Program-made: the position numbers and the translations under genes
Notes under the pieces: generated by a model
What the model was told of the DNA's origin: nothing
Database searches by the model: none
What the model saw: only the letters and a program-made list of their open reading frames with translations
NCBI GenBank assembly: GCA_951406725.2
Contig: OX597832.1
Coordinates: forward strand, 62,001 to 126,000
Direction: 5' to 3'
Origin: Octopus vulgaris
Lineage: Eukaryota
DNA: 64,000 nt
Shown here: positions 22,563-33,229 of the stretch, one piece after another
Numbering within the stretch: the first letter of the stretch is position 1
Layout of the letters: each line of letters starts with the position of its first letter

Positions 22563-25500
22563 CTAGTCTTGCCGGGTCTTCTCACGCACAGCATACTTCC
22601 ATAGGTCTCGGTCTCTAGTCATTTCCATGGTGAGACCTAACGTTCGAAGGTCGTGCTTCACCACCTCGTCCCAGGTTTTCCTGGGTCTACCTCTTCCACG
22701 GGTTCCCTCAACTGCAAGGGATTGGCACTTTCTCACACACCTATCTTCATCCATTCTCGCCACATGCCCATACCAGCGCAATCGTCTCTCTTGCACACAA
22801 CAACTGATGCTTCTTAGGTACAACATTTCTCTCAAGGAACTAACGCTCTGTCGAGTAAGTACACTGACATTACACATCCATCGGAGCATACTGGCTTCAT
22901 TCCTCATGAGCTTACGCATGTCCTCAGCAGTCACGGCCCATGTTTCACTGCCATGTAGCATGGCAGTTCGTACACATGCATCATACAGTCTGCCCTTTAC
23001 TCTGAGCGAGAGGCCTTTAGTCACCAGCAGAGGTAAGAGCTCCCTAAACTTTGCCCAGCCTATTCTTATTCTAGCAGTTACACTCTCAGTGCACCCACCC
23101 CCACTACTGACTTGGTCACCTAGATAACGGAAGCTATCAACTACTTCTAATTTTTCCCCTTGGAAAGTGACGGAAGTTGTTTTCTGCAGATCTTCGGAGG
23201 TCAATGCTCCCGAGCATCTGCCACATACAAAAACTATCTTCTCAGTTAGCCTACCTTTGACATTGCTGCACCTCTTATGTGTCCATAGCTTACACTGGGT
23301 ACATCTTATAGAGTTTCTACCTACACCTTTTCTACAGATCGAGCAGGGCCATCTTCCTGAGGACATTTGTGGATTGTCTACCTTCCTACTTATTAGTACT
23401 TTGGTTTTAGCTAGGTTGACTCTAAGGTCCCTCGATTCTAAACCCTCCTTCCACACCTGGAACTTCTCCTCCAGTTCTGATAGTGACTCAGCAATTAGAG
23501 CGAGGTCGTCAGCATAGAAGAGCTCCCAGGGGCAACCTGTCTTGAATTCCTCCACAATTGCCTGGAGGACTATGATAAATAGGAGGGGGCTGAGTACTGA
23601 ACCCTGGTGGACCCCAACCTCTACTTTGAATTCTTCTGTGTACATGTTGCCAACCCTAACCTTACTTACGGCATCTCTGTACATGGCTTGCACAGCCCTC
23701 ACCAGCCATTCATCTATCCCTAGTTTCCTCATTGACCACCAGATGAGGGATCGGGGGACCCTGTCAAAGGCTTTCTCCATGTCAACGAAAGCCAGGTACA
23801 GGGGCTTATCTTTGGCTAGGTATTTCTCCTGCAGCTGCCTTACCAGGAATATAGATAGCATCAGTGGTGCTTTTCCCTGGCACGAACCCAAACTGCATCT
23901 CATCTAAACTAACTCTCTCTCTAATTAGTTGGGCTATGACCCTCTCCGTATCCTTCATTACCTGATCCAACAGCTTGATACCTCTGTAATTATTAGTATC
24001 TAGGGCATCACCTTTACCTTTGTAGCAGTTGACTAGTATGCTGCTACACCAGTCATTGGGTATGACTCCTTCGTGTATCACCTGGTTGACTATACAGGTG
24101 ACTAGGTTATAGCCGACACTGCCAGATATTTTGAGCATCTCTGCAGTAATTCCTGATGGGCCTGGGGCTTTCCCTGTCTTCATGCTTCTAATTGCCTTAG
24201 CTACAACGGAACTATCAACTCGGATAGCTGGTCCCTCTGTTGGGTCAACATTCGGCAGACTCTCTTTATCCCATTCATTTTCTTTATTCAGCAACCTTTC
24301 ATAGTGGCATCTCCAAACCTCTCTCTTTGCATCCTCATTTAGCGCAAGTGAACCATCATCCATGCGAACACACTTCTCTCCTACCACATCATGATTCTCT
24401 CTCACACACTGTCTTGCAACACGAAATACCTCAAGTCTTTCATCCTCACGGCGCAGAACATTGGCAAATTTTTTCTTATCCGCTTCCCCTCTGGCTAAAT
24501 AAACCTGTCTCCTAGCTTCCCTTCTGGCTGTCTGATACAATTCCCTGCTACCACCGTTCTTCCAGTCCTTCCAAGCCTGTCTCTTTTGTCTAATAGCCCT
24601 GTCAACCACAGTGTTCCACCACCATGTTACTCTGGGTCGAGATGGTACTTTGCTCCATCCACAGATCTGGTCAGTGGCTGTCAGCAGATTGTCCCGTAGA
24701 AATCTCCAGTTGTCTTCCACATTAAGTGAAGCTATATCCCCTTCTATTTCGTCAAAGGCTTCGAGTAGTATGTCTCTAAATCTCTGTCCATTTGCAGGAT
24801 CTTTAAGCTTCCAGACCCTTCTCCTCCAAGCTGGTCTTCTTCTGGGCAACCATTTAGCTCTGATCCTGAAGTCGCTAACTACTAATCTATGTTGAGGAGT
24901 ACATTCTTCGCCTGGAAAGGTTTTGGCATTTATAATCAGCCCTCTTTCCCTTTTTCTGGAAAGGATGTAGTCAATCTGGCTGGTGTGTCTGCCAGAACGG
25001 TAGGTGACTAGGTGAGAGGTGGGTTTCCTGAAGTTGGTATTGCAGACCATAAGGTCATTTGCATCGCAGAACTCCAGCAGCCTGGTTCCCTCCTCATTAC
25101 GAGAGCCAAAGCCGTAGCCTCCATGGATGCCATGGAAGCCCCCAACATGCCGTCCGACATGTCCATTGAAATCACCTGCCACGAAGAGAAGGTCACTGTC
25201 ATTTGTCAACGAGGTAGTCCGCAATAGGGTGTCATAGAATTGGTCTTTTTGTCCTTCCGGTAGTCCTGGTTGAGGGGCATATGCCGAGATGATGGTAGCT
25301 GTCCTGTGGTGAAGGACTAATCTAATTTTAATTACTCTGTCACTTACTCTGACTACCTCGATTACCTTACCTACCCATTTCTCCGCAAGTAGTATACCCA
25401 CGCCCCCGACCCCGTCAGTGTTCCCTGCCCAGAAAATCTTGTACCTGTGTTCCTTGCCTGTGAGGAGCCTAGCGGAACCTCCTCTCCACCTTACTTCCTG

Positions 25501-25686
25501 AATACAACATACATCCACACGTCTCCGTTCAAGCAGCTCTACAATCTCTCCAGACCTACCTTTCAATGTGCCAACATTGAGTGTGCCAACTCTGAGGGTG
25601 TGGGAGGTGTAGGCCTCTGAGACCCTGGGATGAGGGACAGTCGTGTCATGTACCTGAAAAGAAAGCTTGCAGTTGGCAGATTTCAT
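22563..25686 (-). CDS. RTE ORF: APE endonuclease + reverse transcriptase + PHD insert; one frameshift
   Basis: GTLNVGTL, CIQEVRW, AGDFNGH, QIDYIL, QHRLV, then QGSVLSP and YADDL. The two ORFs (626 aa and 446 aa) are split by a 4-bp ATAG duplication near 23851-23858. Confidence 0.9.
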
Positions 25687-25963
25687 ACTGAAACACTAGA
25701 CTTCAACCTGCATACATTTCACAGTTTTTGCGCTATATGATCAAATAAGCCCTACATGGGGATGCGGTTGGGGGGTGGTAAAGTAAGACGGGGTTAGAAA
25801 CTTCCAGTGTTGGTGGAGGGCGAGAGACTACAGCTGCATACGTTTCACCGTTTTTGCTCCATATGATCAAATAGAACTGACGTCGGTGTATACGCGGGGG
25901 GGGGGTCAAGACAGCGGTAGAAACTTCCGGTATTGGTGGAGGGGGTGGGAGGGCGGGCGCCTC

Positions 25964-27169
25964 GAAGGAGCAACGAGAATGAATATAAATCGTACGGAGT
26001 ATTACCCACCATCTAGAAACTTTGGAAATTTAGTAGAACATAATTTAAATGAGAGGGAGCGAGATAGTACTTTGTAAAGGAATCATGGGGAATGGAATAA
26101 CACGGGGAGGCCTGAAAACAAAGAAGGAATTGAAACAGACAGGAAGCCATGTTAACAACATGGCGATATAGATAATAGAGAAACGGGATTAGGTTTATGA
26201 TCAACGCTTAAAAGTATGAATATGAATGGCAGGTGAAAAGTTAAGATCGCTTAGCTGGTCATATTTCTGAGATCCGTGTTGTCATCAAGTAGCTTGAGAA
26301 ATGGGACGAAATAAAATCGTACACTGGTTTATAAGGAGTTAGGGATTGGGGGGGGGGGTGAGTAAAACAATTTAAATGAGAGGGAGCGAGAATAGTACTT
26401 TGTAAGGAATCCTGGGGATGGAATAACAGGGTGGCCTTGAAAGCAAAGAAGGAATTGAAAAGACAGGAAGCCATGTTGACAGTATGGCAATATAGATAAT
26501 AGAGAAACGGGATTTGGTTTACGATCAACGCTTAAAATATGGGGTTGAATATAATTCATAGGGAATATTACACACCATCTAGAAACTTTGGAAGGAGCAA
26601 CGAGAATGAATATAAATCGTAGGGAATATTACCCACCATCTAGAAACTTTGGAAATTTAGTAGAACATAATTTAAATGAGAGGGAGCGAGATAGTACTTT
26701 GTAAAGGAATCATGGGGAATGGAATAACATGGGGAGGCCTGAAAACAAAGAAGGAATTGAAACAGACAGGAAGCCATGTTGACAACATGGCGATATAGAT
26801 AATAGAGAAACGGGATTTGGTTTACGATCAACGCTTAAAATATGGGGTTGAATATAATTCATAGGGAATATTACACACCATCTAGAAACTTTGGAAGGAG
26901 CAACGAGAATGAATATAAATCGTAGGGAATATTACCCACCATCTAGAAACTTTGGAAATTTAGTAGAACATAATTTAAATGAGAGGGAGCGAGATAGTAC
27001 TTTGTAAAGGAATCATGGGGAATGGAATAACATGGGGAGGCCTGAAAACAAAGAAGGAATTGAAACAGACAGGAAGCCATGTTGACAACATGGCGATATA
27101 GATAATAGAGAAACGGGATTAGGTTTACGATCAACGCTTAAAAGTATGAATATGAATGGCAGGTGAAAA

Positions 27170-27170
<1 letters not shown>
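25964..27170. repeat. ~303-bp tandem repeat array upstream of the RTE ORF
   Basis: Near-identical segments giving near-identical short ORFs at 26013, 26640 and 26943 (last spacing 303 bp), plus a variant unit around 26360. Confidence 0.9.
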
Positions 27171-27231
<61 letters not shown>

Positions 27232-27491
27232 TAGGGATAAAACCACTATTATGCAACTCAGACAGTGATAGACATAAACCAAACATAAATAACAAATAAA
27301 AAATATTTTTATAAAACATTTAACTAAATCTCAAAAAGTATAAAAATGAATAATCAATATATAATAAGTAAAAAAACTACGTACGTTTCATGGCTAGAAT
27401 TAAATTCGAATTACAATTAAATTTAAATTTAATTGAAATGAATTTCAATATTAATACTTATTACTATTATCAAAAACATTTTTATGATATA

Positions 27492-27876
27492 CTAACAGTA
27501 TCGCCCGGCGTTGCTCGGGTTGTAAGGGAAATAACTATATAAGCATTTTTAGAGAGTTATAGCCAAAAAATGCATTAAAAATTGAAAAAAAATAAAGGTA
27601 AATTTTTTTAAAAAATCGTTGACACATCGTAGATATTTTTAGAGAGTTACTTCCTTTATATAAAAGCGAAAAAAATGCATTAAAATGGGAAAATATGATG
27701 GTAAATTTTTTTAAAATCGTAGACTCATCATAGACGCGCGCTAATACCCAGAAGGGCTCGATATGAATCACGACTATAAGATACCCGCTTTTGGTTAAAC
27801 TGCACCGCAAAATGTGGGAGTAGTTACAAATCTAAATCGTAGGAGACAGACACACAACTTCACTCTTATATAAAGA
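27492..27876 (-). mobile_element. Short non-autonomous Helitron
   Basis: 5'-TC, CTGT tract, hairpin CCCGAGCAACGCCGGG and 3' TTAG (CTAG variant), inserted between A and T. Confidence 0.75.
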
Positions 27877-27879
27877 TGC

Positions 27880-28202
27880 TTTTTTTTTTCAGTCATAGAG
27901 TTAGATTTATGAAGGTCTTCAGTAGAAAATCCTTCGAATTCTGACTCGCTGCTTGATATAATGAAATTCGTATCCATTTTTTGTCAGAATTACAAATTTT
28001 GAAAACACAATAGGAACAAATTTCGGAAAAAAATCTCCCATAATTCACGGAATTAAAATTACACTTCGATTTTTGTACAAAACTGTATTTGAAGTGTTTA
28101 CGAAGTATAATACGTGTTTTCACGAATGTACTAAAGAGATTTACTCTGATATTCTCATTTAAATATAAATAGGTAAATTCGGGCGGTTTGGTAACGAAAG
28201 GG
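27880..28202 (-). mobile_element. piggyBac-like 5' end fragment
   Basis: TTAA followed by CCCTTTCGTTACC; acidic N-terminal peptide SSSESEFEGFS typical of piggyBac transposases. Confidence 0.6.
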
Positions 28203-28259
28203 TTAAACGGATGCATACATTTATTAATAACTATATATAAGTGTCGTCTGTTTATACAT

Positions 28260-29111
28260 AAACACTGTTTCATACTGCAATTATATATACATATATCTAT
28301 AGAGTAAAATAAAAACCAATTTACCTTTTCTGTATTGTTATAGCAATTCGACCGTCCGTGTGTCTTTGCAAATGTGTTGGAATGATAAGTGAGTTGTGTT
28401 TTGGCGCCTTTTTTACTAATAACAAACACACACGTGTTTGTATGTAGTTGTTTGAAACGTTTGTGTTTGCCACTCTCATATATGTATGTGTATGCATGTG
28501 TGTGAGGAATGACACACACACACTCATGCACGCACACATGTACATCAATGCTTTCAGAGTGAAATGTTAAAATATTGAGTTTTCTCGAATTTTGTCTTAA
28601 TTGGTGGTAAAATTGAAAGAAATTTTTTATGGCATCACCCACTGGAAGTACTCTGAAAAATCATGGGTACACTCTAATTGAAGAAATTGTGTGAGGAGTA
28701 AATCGTTATGTATTTATTTGTTTCTGTTTGCTGTTTTTTTTTTTTTTTAGTAGTGGTTTAAGGTACACTTCTCGTTTTATCGAATTAGTTTCACTTTAAT
28801 CGCTGCAAACTTGCAAAGAGAAAGTCGTAGAAATGAGTGATAGAGTGAGTGAATGAGATCGCTCCCTTTTTGTGTGTGTGTGTGAGTGCTGTAGCCCACA
28901 TTAAGAGAAGCATTTGACTCATACACCACAATGTGAGTTTTCTCTAAATTTTGCTTAATTGGGGTTGAAATTTTAAAAACTGGACCTGGCATGACCTGAT
29001 GCATTCTACTCTTAAAAATGCTAGGTAAATTGTAATTGAAGAAATCCTATATTGTAGATTTCTATAAGTGACAAAGGGAGGCAGATAAAATCTGCCTTTT
29101 ATAATAAGAGA
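28260..29111 (-). mobile_element. Probable Helitron 5' portion
   Basis: Starts TCTCTTATTATAAAAGGCAGATTTTATCTGCC after an A; internal duplicated blocks; no 3' hairpin or CTAG found. Confidence 0.4.
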
Positions 29112-29146
29112 TATCGCAAAGTGACTAACTAATGTATACTCCCTAA

Positions 29147-29192
<46 letters not shown>

Positions 29193-29225
29193 TATAGTAT
29201 ATATATATAGTATAATAGATAATGG

Positions 29226-29273
<48 letters not shown>

Positions 29274-29480
29274 TATATATAATAGGGAATGAATCCAAAC
29301 TTACAGGGAAAAATCAGATTTAGGATTGAATCCAATTTTATAGTAAAATATTATATTAAATTAGAGATAAAACCACTATTAGGCAAATCATACAATGAAA
29401 AACTTAAGCCAATACATAAGATTATTTAATTTATATTATTTAAATATATATCAAAATTATTTAAAAAATAATTAGTATAA

Positions 29481-29542
29481 CACTACGATTGTTTCATGAC
29501 TGTCAATTCTTAAAATTTCGAGTTACAGTCATTCTTCAGGTG
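29481..29542 (-). ncRNA. Minimal type I hammerhead ribozyme (canonical core)
   Basis: CAC-CTGAAGA-ATGACTGT..ACAGTCAT-GAAAC-AATC-GTA-GTG: stems I-III and all conserved core nucleotides present, GUA cleavage triplet. Confidence 0.8.
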
Positions 29543-30663
29543 GTTTAAATATCTAAAATATAATCAATATTTTAAAGATATAAATAATATATATAATATA
29601 ATAATTTTACTTATAATAAACTCTATTATCAATTATGATTATATCCAAATCGACTATAATGTTAAATATTAATTTTAATTTATAAGGTAGGAAACCCATA
29701 ATCTAATATCAATATTAGTCTATATCTAATTACATAAATATTTAAAATGACTAATATATATAAATTATCAATGAAAATATATATATAAATATTATAATCA
29801 AGATCTAAAATAATCTCTATAAATAATTGTATATGCACATATAATAAAAACCTAATAAATTTAATTTTTCATATTTAAAGATGAAATAGCTAATTTCAAA
29901 ATACAAATAAACTAACTTAAACGAACTTTCAGAAATCTTATGTAAAATACTTTTAGAAATAATCAAATCGTAGTGATATAGTATCGAATAAATACTATAA
30001 GTACTATAAATATAATTATGAATGGGAATAATTATCGAATATAAATTTAAAGTAATAACTAAGTTATGATATTAAATTAGACATGGCCTGGACCAATCTT
30101 TAGTCGAAACATATCTAAGTTTATCAAAGTTTATCTAATTTAATTATAAATTTAAAACTACAATTAATACTATTAAAACATGTATATACAAAGCCTAACT
30201 TAATACACCTCTTATGCTTGCTATCAAATAATAAATCTATCGCTAAGAAGTATCTTACAAATAAACTTAAATTTAATATCTAATAATATAGAAAATTACG
30301 ATAATTAGATCATTACATAAACAACGATATTTACATAAGGAGAATATTATTACTCCAAAGGCTTATACAATATTAAAATTTACAATTTGAAGATCTTAAA
30401 TAAATACATACTTAACTTAGCGAGGTTTAATCAATGAACTAAAATTTTGAATCAGAAAACGTCTTTTACAGCGTTTATAAGAATACTCGTGGAATTACGT
30501 TATTAGCAAAAAAAAGAATAAATTGTTGAAGAATTCATTACGCGTGAGGAACCTACGTTTATTAAAGATTATGAATGGGAAAATTATTTGTTTATCATTG
30601 TAAAAAGAATGAATTCACAAATAAAGAATAAAATCTCTCTATACTATATTTATTAATCTCTAA

Positions 30664-30667
<4 letters not shown>

Positions 30668-30731
<64 letters not shown>

Positions 30732-30756
30732 GTACATATATATATATATATGTATG

Positions 30757-30787
<31 letters not shown>

Positions 30788-30830
30788 ATATATATATATA
30801 TGTATGTATGTATATATATATATATATATG

Positions 30831-30873
<43 letters not shown>

Positions 30874-30905
30874 ATATATATATATATACATATATGTATG
30901 TATAA
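30668..30905. repeat. (TA)n/(TATG)n microsatellite
   Basis: Direct reading. Confidence 0.95.
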
Positions 30906-31425
30906 GTAATTAAAAACACTTTAATATTGAAATGCGTCTGTGGCTAATCGGATTTGTTGTTTTTCTCTTTGCCTACATAAAAAAGTGTGTTACTGTCATG
31001 GAGATTCTTATAGTAGCAGAAAAGGAATTTTTAACTCCTATTTCTAAATTCAGTATGTGAAGCTGACCCCTAATTATAATTATGTTTATAATTATAGAAT
31101 ATTTGTATAATTTTACCTATAAAGGTTATTTTAATGTACCGAGCTACTTGGTAAAATTATTAATTAATTGATTATATATGTGTGCGTGTGAGTATATATG
31201 TATGTATATATATTTGTGTGTGTATTGAAATTGAAATAGGCTGTAACTCTCATAGCCTGTGGAAATTACTCCTGGAAGTGACTTTCTTTATCATAAGATG
31301 TAATCCCATAGCTTATGGATATCACTGTGGAATTGATGTTCTTACCATTCCTTACTGTCTCTATTATGTTATTTTATTATTTTATTTTACTCTACTTCCT
31401 CACTTGTTAGATTCCTAACATTATG

Positions 31426-31552
31426 GTCTCTCTGATGAAGCTTTGGGGCTCAATCATTGTCCAATGTTTGTTCAACCTTTGTAAAATCCCTGTATGTTAC
31501 TGGTATGATGTGGAAAACTTGAACAGCCCCATAATAGAAACAGTCGTAAAAG
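31426..31552 (+). ncRNA. Hammerhead-like motif with extended stem II
   Basis: CTGATGA-A-..TGGGGCT...AGCCCCA..-GAAAC-AGTC-GTA; stem I and the base of stem II are imperfect. Confidence 0.5.
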
Positions 31553-31616
31553 TTTAGTATTTTTTCATTCATTTATTGTTATTCACTTATTTATTTTTAT
31601 TTATCTTTAATTTATA

Positions 31617-33152
31617 CTAGCTTAAGGTGACCCATTCTACGTGCGGGTAAGAGTGTGGTTGTTACTTTCTGTTGCTTCCTTTCTGTTTTTTATCACCACA
31701 TTCTCCCTCTTTGTTTCTCTCCCCTTTCTCTCTCACTTTCACACTCTTTTACTCTTCCTTTCTCTCGGACTTTCCCTCGCTTTCTCTTACTCTATCTTTC
31801 TCTATCTATCTCTCTCCCATTTATAAACAACAAAAAGCTTGAGTAAGTTTAGAAAGAAAATATTTTGAAAGATCAATCATAAATATCAGGCAGTGACAAC
31901 GGAAAGGTCTGCTTCAAGGCAGACAGCAAAACACTAACATTTAAAAGGGACAGACGAACTTGCGAGCTGAATAAAAATTAAAAAATTTTAGAAACCAAAG
32001 TTTGAAGGGATAGAATCTGAGGATAGTAGAGTCACTGTGACTGGTATTTCTTAATGCTGGACAGCAACGTAGTGGCAGTTTAATGGCTGGCGTAAAATTT
32101 TGAATTTGATGTAAAAGAAAATTCCTAAACACCAAGTTTTGAAATGATTCTTTCTCACGATAGTAGACTCACCAATGCAAGCATTAACAACTTCTTCATC
32201 ATTGATGGCAACACATTGAAGATTTAAAGGCTGGCGCAAATTTTTTAGCTTGATGTAACAGAGAATTCCTAAACACCCGCTCCTGTAAATTTTAATCCCC
32301 TTCCAGCCCCATTTAGACCCCTTTTCACATTTTGGTTAATATAACCCGATTTCATTCAGGTCTACTCAGGCCACATTTTATAAGATGAGGAATTTTGTCC
32401 TAGAAGTCATGCCTTTCATTTGAGGAAAAAAATAGTTGCCATGCAAACTCACCAGCACTTTTAACATAGGTGTGCATATTTTCAACTCAACCGACCACAT
32501 AATGCACACATTATATATATATATATATATATAAAGTTAATCCAAACATGAAAACACAAAGATAAAACACAACGCGAGGACGTGGAACAAATATAGTATT
32601 ATTGGACGCTCAGGAAGGGAGGGATACATATATATAAATACAGATATATACACTTTGTATATATACATTATATATACATATTTATATATAGAACACACAC
32701 ACACACACACATATATTTAAATTAACTCAATAAATATCTGATTCATAATATTTGTTCTCATGATTGTGTGGTGGTGGTGGCGATAATAAAACTCTATGAA
32801 TGCAGACAGACATATATATATAGAGAGAGAGGGAGGCGGTTGGGGAAAGAGGGACAGCGCTGGCGAAGGCAGCGGGGGGAAAGATAGTAGTATCTGTCAA
32901 ACGTCGTTATAGAGAGAAAGTGAGGAAGACATGCAGATAAGAGAATGAGAGGAGACTTGTCAAAGTGTGCGTTTTTTGCCCTAGTAATCACACCTTTTAA
33001 GATAGGGATTTCTAACCTAGTCCACTTGCATCTTCACCTCATTTTACATGTCCCTGTAAATTTTGGAGTCAATCCAACGGGATCTAGTGGCCTTTAAACC
33101 GTTCCAATGCCAAAACCAGACAAACAAACTTTTCGCATTTCAGATTTATAGA
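31617..33152 (-). mobile_element. Non-autonomous Helitron
   Basis: 3' CTAG at 31617-31620 with an imperfect hairpin ACCCGCACGTAGAATGGGT; 5' TC with a (TTGT/CTG) tract near 33152. Confidence 0.6.
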
Positions 33153-33229
33153 TATTGATTTTTATTTATTTACTTGTTTATTTGCTTATTTCATTTGTTT
33201 ATTTTGATTATTTATACATATGATTGTAA

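Larger units (their letters stand above)
21882..27170 (-). mobile_element. Full-length young RTE LINE (PHD-insert family) with 5' tandem arrays
   Basis: (GAT)n tail at 21882, 3'UTR minisatellite, APE-RT ORF 25686-22563, upstream repeats up to the (TA)n at 27170. Confidence 0.88.

Noticed and set aside
27375-27410. GAAAC-GTAC-GTA hammerhead 3' half on the minus strand
   Set aside because: The CTGANGA half is missing; a remnant at best
27893-28642. 249-aa ORF
   Set aside because: Spans low-complexity Helitron and piggyBac remnants with no recognisable domain
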